The notes under the pieces were generated by a model that was not told where the DNA came from, made no database searches, and worked only from the letters and a program-made list of their open reading frames with translations. From NCBI RefSeq assembly GCF_964355755.1, contig NC_092671.1:11160001-11224000 (forward strand): DNA of 64,000 nt, given 5' to 3'. Of this stretch, positions 1 through 41,168 are shown piece by piece; position 1 is the first letter of the stretch, and every line of letters begins with the position of its first letter. The position numbers and the translations under genes were made by a program. The stretch comes from Antedon mediterranea. Taxonomy: Eukaryota > Animalia > Echinodermata.

Positions 1-564
1 CGGTAAGTTTTTTGTTAGGCTGCATCCGATAAGTCGGTTCATATAGTTGTTGTGGTAGAGCATTTGCAGTATATTCCTCATCTGCATTGGTTCTGATGTT
101 CGGTCAAAAAAAAAATCAGTTTGAGATTATGATGCAGAAGTACTATATGCATTATATTTAACCAGCTTTCTGAATTCTGTTTTATACAATAAATCAATTG
201 AAAAGAGAGAGAAATATGACGCACCCATTATTCGTCTGTTTGTTTATTAGGCCTATTATAGTTATATAGCTTGTACATTTATGCTTTTATTGTATTTTTA
301 GTAATAAATCAAATGTCATTATTATTAATAATTAGGACTTGGCCTATATCGTTATCTAATTTATTAGGCTAAATAGGAATCATTTATAATTATAATGAGC
401 TACGACCGACTTTCAGACCTATAATAGCCAGCTAGGCTATGCCTACTTTTAGTTACTTACAACGAAAAAGCACTAATTTGTATTGAACATTCATCGGCCG
501 GTTTTCGTGTTTTAATCTGGAAAAGAGAGCTGGATCCTCCACTCATTTCTTTGGTGGAATTCAT
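1..564 (-). CDS. Probable Tctex1-domain dynein light chain (TCTEX1D/DYNLT4-5-like), 5' part only; exons 564-461 and 92-<1
   Basis: ATG at 564, open to a GTAAGT donor (460-455), phase 2; poly-T plus CAG acceptor at 93-95 continues in frame: MNSTKEMSGGSSSLFQIKTRKPADECSIQISAFS/LTNADEEYTANALPQQLYEPTYRMQPNKKLT. YEPTYRMQPNKK resembles the YENTY(R/Q)xxP motif preceding the Tctex-1 domain. The domain itself lies outside the window. Confidence 0.6.
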
Positions 565-675
565 TTTTTGTTTGCCGTCGTTTGATGTTGGGATGCCGAT
601 TACAAACACAGACACAGATAAGACTCAAGAGTATACTATAAATATACTTTTCTTTACTACTGTTTTGTATTGAAT

Positions 676-822
676 TCATCCATGGTAACAAGATGGATAC
701 GCTTGCGTAAACGACACGCGCATCCGAAATTCAGCACACGCACCGGAAACGCGTAAACGAAACTACGCTCGGCAACTAAGTTCGAGCAAGCGTGCAAAAT
801 GTCGTCAAGTGTTGTTGCTACT
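676..822. promoter_or_regulatory. CpG-containing promoter segment with RFX X-box-like motifs
   Basis: CCATGGTAAC at 680-689, GGCAAC at 771-776 and GTTGCTAC near 814, just upstream of the putative Tctex exon 1; consistent with a ciliary gene (inference). Confidence 0.4.
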
Positions 823-3463
823 GTATTTCATACTACTGTACTTATTACTCGATACCATAATATCAGGGATTGATTTTACAACTCCCTGATAATATATAGT
901 TTATAAGGTTTAACATAATTATCAATCAAAATTAGATGACATATTGCGAGATGTCCATACAAGCATGGCATCATCACACCCACCCTCACTCATAAACAAG
1001 TGTATAAAGTCGTAGTACTGAAACGTTGGCGAATATGCGGCATCTTCCACACTTGCTAACATTCTACACGAAAAGCTCTTCAATTCAACGCTCCACTGCT
1101 TGCTTACCATATATAAACATTATTATAAACATACATTTTTACGTAGGATACGACCGAATGTTTTTACAGTTTATGTTGCTGTTGTTTCCAACTAATTTCC
1201 AGTAAACTAAAACGATCCACAACGAATTAGCCACACGTTAATTTACCCTTCCTTTACTGTGCTAAAACAAGTCGATTTCAAAACTGTTCAGAAGTTCGGC
1301 TTTAGAGGGCCTGCTGCCTAAAAATCCACTGATACGATTTCAATTGAATGCGAAAACGTACAGCGCCTGTAAGTACACGCAATTCCAATGTAACACAGGC
1401 AGGTCTAAAACCAAAAGACCTTTGGATATCGTAGCCATTTTGTATTTGGTTGTGGTCATGATCTAGGACAAAATACACTAGCCCCACCCTATCATTTCGA
1501 CCGCTGGAACAGCATTGCCACCAACCTGTATAATATATTACGAACGAAATTGATTTGCTAGACAAAATGAGTAAATTTGGAGACTTTGTTCACCCAATGT
1601 GTGTAACATTTGATGAGTGTTTTTGCAAACGATTTCTGCGCAACATTCGCAGGAAAAATGCAACATTGCTAATTTTGAGTTACAATTCGAAGATGAGAAT
1701 ATTGCTTCGTTTTCGTCAGATTTTCGGTGATTGAGGTAGGGATGAACATTATTAATATGTTCTCTTCCATTTCATTATCCATCTTTAACTTATTTGTTAC
1801 ATTTAAGTAATTTAAGTGTGCTTTTAATCTGTTCGAAGTTTGTTATTTAACGTGGTGTGTGGACGTGGCTGCGATATCACGTGACCAACAACGACCTTTT
1901 TGTAATAAAATGTTTAATATGCCCAGGTTTGTTTAGTTGATATAGAAGTACGCATGCGCAGGGATTAAGGGATCGCCTTCTTTTTAGTTTCAGATATTGT
2001 ATAAATTATATGCCACTTTTTGTTTGTACATGTATGTGTATGTATGTACAGTACTTTTATTCTTTTTCATATGGATACTCTTCATAAAGATAATTATAAA
2101 ATTATTATGAGCAACAAAAAGCTTATAATTAAATAAATATTAATAGAGGTTGAGAATTTGGATTGGCTGAAACCATCAATCAACATTTTAAGTCCTATGA
2201 CATCAGAAATTAAATTATTTTGTGTTGTTCTAGGGAGGGAATGGAATGAATAAATGTGGCAGGTTTTAAAGGCTATATTTAAAATTAATAACATAATAAA
2301 TAAATGCTGAGATTAAAAAAAATAAAAAATAAAAATCAACGATATTTCCATTCTTATAATTTTCACAAAATGTGCTTGCCACAGGCGTAACTTGCCATAG
2401 GCGTAACTTGCCATAAGGCATAATGTTAATCTAAATGTGTAGGCCCACAAACAGGGTCTTAAAAATTTTCCCTACCTTAAATTGATAATTATAATTGAGT
2501 TATAGAAGATGTACATGATGCTGTATACTGTGTAGATAAAGATATACTTGTCTCCCCCCGAAAAAAATGAAAATTAATAAAAAGACTTCACAGTTTTCAA
2601 AAAAAGTGGAAAAATGTTTCTAATAAACAGTTAAATTCAACAATAAAACCCATTTACTTCCAGTCAATTTGACTATTTTTGCTTTAAATTAAATTTGTTC
2701 AGGTAAATAATTCATGTTGAAACTGGAACATCAAAATGGCAGATTCAACAACAAAATATTAAAAAAATATTTTTTTCAGATAACAATATATATAACAGAA
2801 TAAAAGTTAGAAAACTCTATTACATCAATAAAAATATTTAATAAGGAATATATTATTACATCAATTCAGGTTTTGTTAATAGAATTTATAAATACTGTAT
2901 ATATACTGTACATTGAACAAGTTTCCTTATATTTAAATTATCTCATGAATATGCATTGTTTAAAACATTTTAAATAAATGAGCATCAGTTTTTATATTAT
3001 TTTGTAGTACACATACATACTATAGTTATTATAAAGAATAGACGAAGACAGTTTGCACTATTATAAGTTTTAATCTGTTTCTATAATGCTAAGCTAAAAT
3101 TAAGTTCAAAAACTATTTTTACAGTCAGTATGGTTAATAATAAGTGAGTACTGTACTATACTTTGTTTATATTGTAGTTCAATTTTTCAACCATTCAAAG
3201 CAACGCAAGACCCGCCGCCACAAGTTTTCATTAGTATTACTTTAACGCTATTGGTCAATTCGTTTATACGTCATCGACTAACGCTAGCAAAATTCATTTT
3301 AGGGGTGAGACTAATTGAGCAATTGGTGATACCCTATAGGCACAATTCCTTGGCGGGTTGATCGGTAACTTTTGTGCGTTTATCAGGTATAAGGCTACAG
3401 CTTGCTTCATTGAGGGAATTTATGCTGAAGAATTTCGTGAGCTAGCCTGAACAATTAGGAAAA

Positions 3464-9193
<5,730 letters not shown>

Positions 9194-9819
9194 GGCATTC
9201 TGCGACCAATTCCCTAATGTTTCCAAAGAATATTTGAAGTGTATATAAACGTGGTTTAGCAGGTCGAGGTTCATTTGTCAACCCAACTGTACAGAGATAA
9301 ACGGCGCCATCGGTCGTCTACTCGAGGGCAATATTTTCCGGTAAAATTTCCATCCGAAAGCTGTTCAACATGTGTGGGCTTTGATTAATTCCAGGGACTC
9401 GTAATCTATAGTGGTCAATAGATTTGTACTTGCCCGACCTCGATTTTGTACTTTCCCCACCTTTAAATTATACTTGCGCAAAAACATATCCAGTCTAAAA
9501 AATAATTACATGTTTAGTCACCTCTGACTTGCAACAAGTGCTTATTTATTTTTTAAAAGTTACAATTTTAATTAAATGGGTGAAATTAACATTTTATTGA
9601 ATATTGTTTTTATATATAAAGTTAAAACGGTTTGAAATTAGCCACATGCTACAGGGAAAATGAACATTTATCAGTAGCTTCCTTAAGTGTCCTTTTTGAA
9701 TAAGCAACACCTTAAAATTATCTTGTAAAAAGCACTGTTTTTTTTTTATGAGTACGAAACTCTATATCTACTTTTAAAGTAATTTGTTAATTATGAAGTT
9801 ATGATTGCTTCTAAAAATT

Positions 9820-9825
9820 AATAAA
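9820..9825 (+). terminator. Candidate polyadenylation signal of ANP32
   Basis: AATAAA about 630 nt after the stop, followed by GT/T-rich sequence. Confidence 0.45.
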
Positions 9826-11434
9826 AGATTTATCTTGATAGTTATTTGATGTTTATCCGTTTTATAGTGATTTTCCTAATTTGTACTCCAATCTTAAACT
9901 TTAAAAATAATAAATACAAGTATTTTATTTTTCATCCACTATTGAACATAAATTAAAATTGCAAATAATTTAAAATTTGTTTACAATTTTTATTTAACAG
10001 CTTAATTTTAAATTTAAATTGCAAGTAATTTTAAATTGATTTACAATTTTTATTTAACAGCTTAATTTTAATAGTATAGAATTGATAGAATACATTTATG
10101 TGGATGTATTTTAGTACTGTACATTGAAATCTTCAACCTCGTTCTTGCAATGGCCATTGTCTTGATTTGCTTCACTTACAACAATTCTGTTACTATTGGT
10201 TAGTTAAGCATTAGTATAGGTATTTCTTTATTGCTGAATATTTATTACTGGGAATGAAAACATTGTCACCCGTAAAAACATGCGTGTTACTTTTAAAAGG
10301 TAATAAGAATAGCTATTATTATGCATATTCCTGTTTTATTTTATCCAAACTGTTTCCACAATAATGTTGTATTTCACTATTCAAGACAAAAACTGGTTAT
10401 GTTATAAAAACATATTTAAGGCTATTTTCATTTACAATTTCTTTTTAACAAATGTTAATACGTTTACCCCCAATCTTGTGGGAGGGTTGAGTCTTTGATT
10501 CTAGTAAACTGATTAATGTTATAAATTCAACAGATTTCCTGAAAATTCTGTTGCAATAAATTTTGTACAAAAGGAAATTATTGTAATTTTAGGTGTTAGT
10601 CTGGATTTATTGCGTGTTGTATTTTACTCTTTAATTATTTACTACTGTATAGCACAACATAAACATTCATTGATCGAATACTATAGTGAATCTGGATTAG
10701 CAATTTACTAAGTAATTTACCCAATACAAACCCTTTTGCAGTTGTAAAAGATCTGGCCTAAAAAAATTCACGAGTGGACTCGAGTTAGTTCACGCCTATG
10801 CAAACAACCCTCCATTTGAGTTTACCTCGGATAGGAGTGGTTTAGCTAAGTTACAAAATAATCAATGTTCCTAATTGTTTTTCAACTATCTATCATACAT
10901 TCCGGCTGTTAAAATTACTAATTTATTATGTTGAAATCATACATTGTTATCACACCCAATGAAAAAGTCACAAATGTCTGGAATCTAAAACATTTTAAAA
11001 TCTAGGACAAATTTAAATTTGTCCTAGATTTTCCTGTTGAATCATGGAACGTAGCCATAAAATGTTATAGCTTTGTGTTCCGACCTTAAGTTAAACAAAT
11101 ACAGTTAATTTTATATTATGAAAATGCACATTTATGAGGGTAGCTAGGTTTTATGTTACAGTTATACTGTATATATAGACAAAACAATGGAATACTTCAG
11201 TAACAAAGTGGATTTGATGCAATTCTCTTCCTTAACAAAGTGGATTCGCTGCATGCAGCTTTGCTCATGAAATTGACGTTTTTTACCTGAAACATCCGTA
11301 AGCCTACGTAGGTCCAGTGCACTATAATTTACATTGGTTAGTATGAATGAACGCATCTAAGTGGTGGAGATAAGTTTCTAAGGATCGATAAGTGATAATT
11401 TGACTCGCTAAAGTTTATGTGGCTATATTAGGCC

Positions 11435-12406
11435 ATGTCTTTCTCTTCGAATGCAACCGATGAACCAATATTTTTTTCTGATGTCAAATACTTATTTATT
11501 TTCAATATGAGCCCAGTGACTGAGGTTTGTAGGACATTAACAATTATAATTGGCATTGTTGCAATCATTACAAACATGATTACATTTTTTATGTTATGTT
11601 GCATCCGACAACTCAAAAAACGTCAGAATGTTCTGATTGCAAATCTTGCAGTTGCAGACTTCCTTGTCGGTGTATTTGCGACACTGATGTCAACTACACA
11701 CAATGGTTCGGATTCCCTGACAAGTCTTGTTGCCACAACCAACGCTATGTTTTCTTTACTTTGGGTGTTTGCCGTTAGTTTTGAACGATTCTTAGCCGTG
11801 GTTGTTGCACCTTTCCGTTATCGGTATGTCGTTACTAAATGCAAGTTAACAATCGCATGCATTTGTCTTTGGATCTTTTCACTTATATTTATCAGTGGGA
11901 TGAGTATGTTGCTGATTTTCGCAGTAGAAGATAGAAAATATATGCAACCTGTGTATTTTATATACCTTTCAATGACCTGCGTTGTTGGACTGATGTATGC
12001 GATTATCTTTGGATTTGTAAAACGCCAAAGTGATACATTTGAAAGAGGATGTGCGTCTGTGAATGCTCGCCATGCACGATTAAAATCGTTGTTCGTTACA
12101 TTTGCTATTTTATTCGGCCTGCTTTGCTGTTGCTTATTACCAAACCAGTTATTCATGATGTACGTTATTCATACCACTACTGGTACTAGTTTAAAAAATA
12201 CATTTCAAGCTGTGGTTTACGATATTAGTCATGTGTTACTGCCGTTGAATTCGGCGTTGAATCCGTTCGTTTATTGGTGGCGCATTCCGGAATTCCGCAG
12301 CGGATATAAACGTTTATTGGAACCATGTTTCTCCAAATTTTATAGGCCTAGTGTTGTTGCAAGTATTAGTAGGCCTAACAGTTATGCCAATACAACTGCT
12401 TTGTAA
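11435..12406 (+). CDS. Intronless rhodopsin-family (class A) GPCR, orphan
   Basis: 323-aa ORF with seven hydrophobic segments; TM2 NLAVAD, TM3 SFERFLAV...PFRY, TM6 CLLP, TM7 NSALNPFVY followed by helix-8-like EFRSGY; N-terminal NAT sequon. Confidence 0.9.
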   Translation: MSFSSNATDEPIFFSDVKYLFIFNMSPVTEVCRTLTIIIGIVAIITNMITFFMLCCIRQLKKRQNVLIANLAVADFLVGVFATLMSTTHNGSDSLTSLVATTNAMFSLLWVFAVSFERFLAVVVAPFRYRYVVTKCKLTIACICLWIFSLIFISGMSMLLIFAVEDRKYMQPVYFIYLSMTCVVGLMYAIIFGFVKRQSDTFERGCASVNARHARLKSLFVTFAILFGLLCCCLLPNQLFMMYVIHTTTGTSLKNTFQAVVYDISHVLLPLNSALNPFVYWWRIPEFRSGYKRLLEPCFSKFYRPSVVASISRPNSYANTTAL

Positions 12407-13127
12407 ATTCATGATATTTGTTCACCTAAACATATGTTGTGTATTTTTACTATTTCAAATAAATTTAGATCCTTTTATAAACCATAATTAGGGGTAATAT
12501 TTTGTCACAAATTTCGTTAAAGTCTCCTTTTATCAAAGATGTTATTAAGCATTATGTTCGTTATAGTTCCTTGCCGATCACATTTTCTAACTAGAGCTTT
12601 CAGCGATGTTATCGTACTATATATAGTACAGGACATTTTCGAAAAATGGCCAAATTTTATTTTTTGACATAGGCTAATGGTCTGCGCATGTTAAATCAAT
12701 ATATTTTAGGCCATTTATTCTGAAAAATATAGAAAAAATGGCTAAATGTCGATATAACTGTTTACTATATCATATAATTTGCATGCGCAGAATCATGTGT
12801 TTGTGTTCTGCACATTTTCAAAAATAATGTTATTATGCAATAAAATTGCTATATATGCGCGTATATTGGGTTATTATTATCTTTTAGACGTATAGTAACC
12901 ATTTATGTCAAATAAAGAGGTCAAAATTTGGTCATTTTTTAAAAACGACCAAAATATGCACTTTTCAAAATACTATACAATGAATTGCTATAGGTCCTAT
13001 ATGCGCATATATTGAGTTATTATCATCTTATACGTATAGTATAGTATATATAGTATAGTAACCATTTTTGTCAAAAAATAAATATATTGCGCATATATAC
13101 TATAATAATAATATTATAATACTACTA

Positions 13128-13168
<41 letters not shown>

Positions 13169-13293
13169 CCAAAGGCAAATTACTGAAAAAAATGACAATG
13201 CTGTGGGTATCAGTGGCTGGATCTCAATGGAGATACAAAAATAAAAAGCGAAAAGCTAAATCAAAACGATAAAGTAAACAGCCAGAAAAGTTA

Positions 13294-13331
13294 GCAGAGC
13301 TTTCGGGCAACACTAGCCCTTCATCAGTGCC
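13294..13331 (-). ncRNA. Minimal type I hammerhead ribozyme motif, copy 1
   Basis: Minus strand GCA-CTGATGA-A-GGGC-TAGTGTT-GCCC-GAAA-GC-TC-TGC: catalytic core CUGAUGA/GAAA, stem II GGGC/GCCC, palindromic AGCT stem III. Confidence 0.8.
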
Positions 13332-13507
13332 AGTGAAGGAATTTGGATAACGTCAAAGTATATATATATATATATATAAATCCAAAGGCAAATTACTGAA
13401 AAAAAATGACAATGCTGTGGGTATCAGTGGCTGGATCTCAATGGAGATACAAAAATAAAAAGCGAAAAGCTAAATCAAAACGATAAAGTAAACAGCCAGA
13501 AAAGTTA

Positions 13508-13545
13508 GCAGAGCTTTCGGGCAACACTAGCCCTTCATCAGTGCA
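13508..13545 (-). ncRNA. Minimal type I hammerhead ribozyme motif, copy 2
   Basis: Identical core in the second pLTR copy, 214 bp from copy 1. Confidence 0.8.
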
Positions 13546-14619
13546 AGTGAAGGAATTTGGATAACGTCAGAGTATAAAGCTGGCAAGTGCTGCCTGGGTG
13601 GACAGGAATAAAAGAAATATAACAAAGGGAGCCAGGGTGGAGTCTGAATAAGAGTGGAAAACAAAGAAGGTAGCTTGGTAGAGATATAAACAATTTTGGA
13701 ATGAGACTAAAAAACAGCTTAAATGGTGGTTAATATTGAAACTTAAATTTTGGTAGTCAATGGAATAATTTTACCGATCTGGGAGTATGTTCCTAATGTT
13801 AAGTCCAAAAGGTTTTGTGGTTTTAAGTAGTACGGTAATTCCCAGTGGTTTTCTTTGTCTTTGCGAGTTTTGTCGCTCCATTTGACATCGTCGTCTATTG
13901 CAATAACTCTGAAATTTGCAATCGAGTGACCAGCTGAATTAAAATGTTCGGCTACAGGTTGATCAAGCTTTAATGTTTTGATAGCTGATCTATGTTGTCT
14001 CATTCTCATACGGAGAGTGTTTTTTGTTTCTCCGACGTACTGTTTGCCACAAATATTACAGTATATGAGATAAATGACGTTTTTGGTTAGACAATTAATT
14101 GATTGTCTTATCCGAAAAATGCGGCCAGTTTGGTTACTCTCAAATTTTTCAGTAGAATCAACCATATATATATATACATTAATACGAGGGTGCTTTGCAT
14201 TTTCCTATCCTACTAAGGGCAAAATCGCGCATTATTTCCAGAATGTTTACTCGATGGTATATAAAGTTGGTTAGATAATTAGTTATTTGACAATTAAAAC
14301 AAAGTTAGGTTCAACGATTTGCCCCAAATAGGATGTTTTCCGATCGTGGTATAATACTGTCTAATGTCCTCTTGAAAAATACCTACACACAATAATATGT
14401 GGATACTTCGCATTTTCCTTTCTCCTCCTACGATAATTGATTTTAATACCAGAAAACTGGTTGAACAGCTCGAGTACAGTATCATAATGTTGAAGACAGG
14501 CCAATTTTCTTTAAAAAATACTATTTTGATAGATTTAATATACGTTTATACAAATGTATTGATTTGCGATGAATTGAACATTCCAATCTCTCACACCCCC
14601 AGTTTGTAGGTAAATTTAT

Positions 14620-15510
14620 GGGCCCTTGGAGAATAAACTTTTTTGACATAAATGGTTACTATAGCATAATAAACAGGCGCAGAGTCGACTAATGGGTTCT
14701 GCGCATGTTAATTGTGCTATAGTAACCAGTTTTATCGAAAAATAAAAATGTCGAAAATCTGTCCTTTTTTTGAAAAATCCCTGTACTATATAGTACAGGG
14801 AAATTTTTGAAAAATGGCCGATTTTCAACCCTTTATTTTTTGACATAAATGGTTACTATTGCATAATAAACATGCGCAGAGTCGAATAATGGGTTCTGCG
14901 CATGTCAATTGTGCTATCATAACCATATTTGACATAAATGGTTACTATAGCATAATAAACATGCGCAGAGGCGAATAATGGGTTCTGCGCATGTCAATTG
15001 TGCTATAGTAACCAGTTTTATCGAAAAATAAAAAGGTCGAAAATTTCCGACATTTTTATTTTTTGATAAAACTGGTTACTATAGCACAATTAACATGCGC
15101 AGAGTCGAATAATGGGTTCTGCGCATGTTAATTGTGCTATAGTAACCAGTTTTATTAAAAAATAAAAATGTCGAAAATCTGTCATTTTTTTGAAAAATCC
15201 CTGTACTATATAGTACAGGGAAATTTTTGAAAAATGGCCGATTTCCGACCCTTTTATTTTTGGACGTAGATGGTAACTATTGCATAATAAACATGCACAG
15301 AGTCGAAAAATGGGTTCTGCGCATGTCAATTGTGCAGAGCTATCATAACCATATTTGACATAAATGGTTACTATAGCACAATTGACATGCGCAGAACCCA
15401 TTATTCGACTCTGCGCATGTTTATTATGCAATAGTAACCAGTTTTATCGAAAAATAAAAAGGTCGAAAATTGGCAATTTTTTTGAAAATTTCCCTGTACT
15501 ATAGTATAGT
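14620..15510. repeat. Complex direct and inverted repeat array (part of a larger degenerate repeat ~12590-16650)
   Basis: Recurrent modules AAACATGCGCAGAGTCGAATAATGGGTTCTGCGCATGT(C/T)AATTGTGCTATAGTAACC and palindrome CCCTGTACTATATAGTACAGGG in both orientations; related words at 12600-13080 and 16050-16200. Confidence 0.75.
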
Positions 15511-18148
15511 ATGTTTCTTGTATTTTTACTTTAGTTTTAAGTATTAATTGAAGAGGGAGAATATTCAATAATAATATCATTACGGTGTTCACATAGTCTC
15601 TCTCCAGGGTATTTAATTCTAAATATTCCAGAAATAAAATTAATACTCTAATAATAACTAAACAAGTTTAACTGAGTATTGAATAAAATAATTATTGACA
15701 ATTATTTGTAGGGCAGTACCAAATTATTTTATGTTTAAAACAACAACATTACACACCTTGCTGTGCAATTAACACCATTGTTGTGCACTTGAATGGGTTT
15801 CCTATGACATAATAGGTGTTAATATGTCAATTGAGTGAGTCTTTCATGGCATTTGTAGTTGTAGTCTTTGGTGACAATAGTAACACACACTTGTAATTGA
15901 GTGGTATTTTGATTTTTAAATTTCATATTTCTAGTTAAAATGTTGAATATCTGAATATACCACAAGGTGTATCATTCCCTAAATAGCCCAAAAAAGCTAA
16001 AAAAGTGATTTTTGAAAAATGTGTCACTTGAGTCGTTCTTTCATGACAGGGCAGAATAGTACAGGGATATTTTAGAAAAATGGCCAAAATTATGCACTTT
16101 CAAAATACTATTATTATGCAATAAAATGTTTTGGAAAAGAATAATATAACTGGTTACATAGTGTGGCATGCGCAGAATCAAGCGCGAATGTTATTTTGGC
16201 AATTAACTGCAACCTTTTTATTTTTCCCCATTGGAATTTTAAATATAGATTTTATCCACAAAATGGACAAATTTCGACCCTCTTTTTCTTTATTTACCAT
16301 AGAATATTAGCGCATAACAAGTACATTTCTAAAACTTAATATTCATTTTTTTCTCCTCGAAAAGTTGGCAAATTTCAAACAATATACTTACTTAATTAAT
16401 TAATTAGCACATAATTGATTTTCCAAAAGTAAATATTTTGAAATATTTGAAAGCATCCCTTAACATAAAAAATCTTATTTTCTTGACACCAGATTACGTC
16501 TGTGTATATATTGTGTACCATTATTACCAATTTATGCCGAAAACAATGAAGATTTGAAATTTAACCATTTTTCGAGAACAAAAATTCCTATTCAAATATT
16601 TTTCGAAAAATGACCTAAAATATGGACTTTCCAAAATTCAATCTAGTAAATTCCTATTATTCCTTAATGTTACTTAATACAAATATGCTAAATACTACAA
16701 TAAAAGCAATAGAACATTCATATACATTTATTAGAAATAATAATAATAATATTTAATTTATGAGAATATAGAATATTTATATTTATACATATTAAAGTAA
16801 AGCTAGTAGTGTAGTAATATTTAATATAAGGCCTAAATAGAAATACAGATTGACAGTATGTTAAGTCAAGGTTAGAAAATACATACATAGTTCAAGGTAT
16901 AAAAATATTGTGCGAAGAAATATTTCCCCTAATATTACACAGGTAAATTGCCGTTTCATCCTATAACACAGTTTTTTATTCAGTAAAAACTATATAATAC
17001 TGTAATAAAAAAAAATACAGATATTCTATAATATCCATTAAAATTTAAAGCTAAATAAGTACACAGAATGAAATACTATGGAAGGCAAACACAGCAAAAA
17101 AAATACAAACACAACATTTTAATACACTCACAGTAGGCCTACAAAGACATACTGTGCAAGAAAGTCCATTGTGTGTTTGCAATATATTTTTGGCAGTGTT
17201 TGCCTTTCATAGTAATTTTTAAATAGTCATATGAAATAAATTTTACAATAGGCCTACTTTTGATTCATTTCATGCAATCAAAATAAGTGCTACTTCCAAA
17301 ATAGTGAAAGTGTGCATGTATTTAATGGCTTATGGTAAAATAGAACTATGCCATATATAACACCAATACATATAAAATTATGTTAAAATATCATAACAAA
17401 CTATATTTATAAATGTTCAGTATAAAATGATATAATATGGATAAATTGATTGATTTCAGTTTTGGCACATCCATGATTCGCAAAAGATGGCTACATATTG
17501 ATGATTGATGGGCCACTCAACCTTTCACGTTTTTATAGTTCTATACCCCTATTATGTCATCTTTATAGGGGTACAGTTTGGCCTAAAATTTGTCACAAAG
17601 GAGTGATTCTTCTGTAGAGTAAAATAAAAGGGAGATTATCTTTTTGTGGTATTGGCGGTACATTTTAAATAGCAGAAATAAAGTAAAATATAAATTAACA
17701 AGAGGTGTATGTAACTTTTACTGATAATCTTATTACAGGACCAACTTTTGTTTACAATCCTTTACAACACAAACAAACAGCACCAGTTGAACATGGCTGT
17801 CTATAGTACAAAACATAATAATTATCTCTAGCCCGATAGCCTGTGGTCGTATTCAACATTCACACTCAGTCTACACTATGAAACTTTAGGTGAAAAAAAA
17901 ATGTGATGTGCCCATATAATTATATTGACATGATGATGTCATATCACTACAATATTTGGGCATATCATTACAACATTTGGGCACATCACACTTTTTTTTG
18001 TCAAACTAGTTTGATAGTGTAGAGAGAGAGAAAGGGAGAAAGCTTTAGGTTAATAATTCAAGAAGTGATAAGCACTTGAAATTTTTTTGATTTAAGGGAA
18101 AAGTTTCACATAAGTGTGATTGTTGAATACTGCCACTGTTTTATTGTA

Positions 18149-41168
<23,020 letters not shown>

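Larger units (their letters stand above)
13131..14176 (-). mobile_element. 5'-truncated Penelope-like retroelement (GIY-YIG endonuclease end plus duplicated pLTR) in a (TA)n tract
   Basis: ORF 14165-13743 has NVIYLIYCNICGKQYVGET...RMRQHRS...VAEHF; a frameshift restores LKTTKPFGLN. About 195-bp direct repeat (13165-13362 / 13378-13576); (TA)n at both ends and between the repeats. Confidence 0.88.

Noticed and set aside
856-897. Hairpin ATATCAGGGA...TCCCTGATA as another P-like footprint
   Set aside because: Ends are degenerate and no 7-bp duplication flanks it.
922-1735. Short ORFs between the Tctex-like gene and ANP32
   Set aside because: No recognisable motif or consistent exon chain; may be decayed transposon or regulatory DNA.
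10997-11032. Perfect palindrome AAAATCTAGGACAAATTTAAATTTGTCCTAGATTTT
   Set aside because: Probably internal to a decayed MITE (~10844-11077); no TSD or RNA-gene hallmarks.
13743-14165. Selenoprotein-type (SeNaiad) assignment of the Penelope fragment
   Set aside because: No in-frame TGA in the retained ORF and no SECIS that I could identify.
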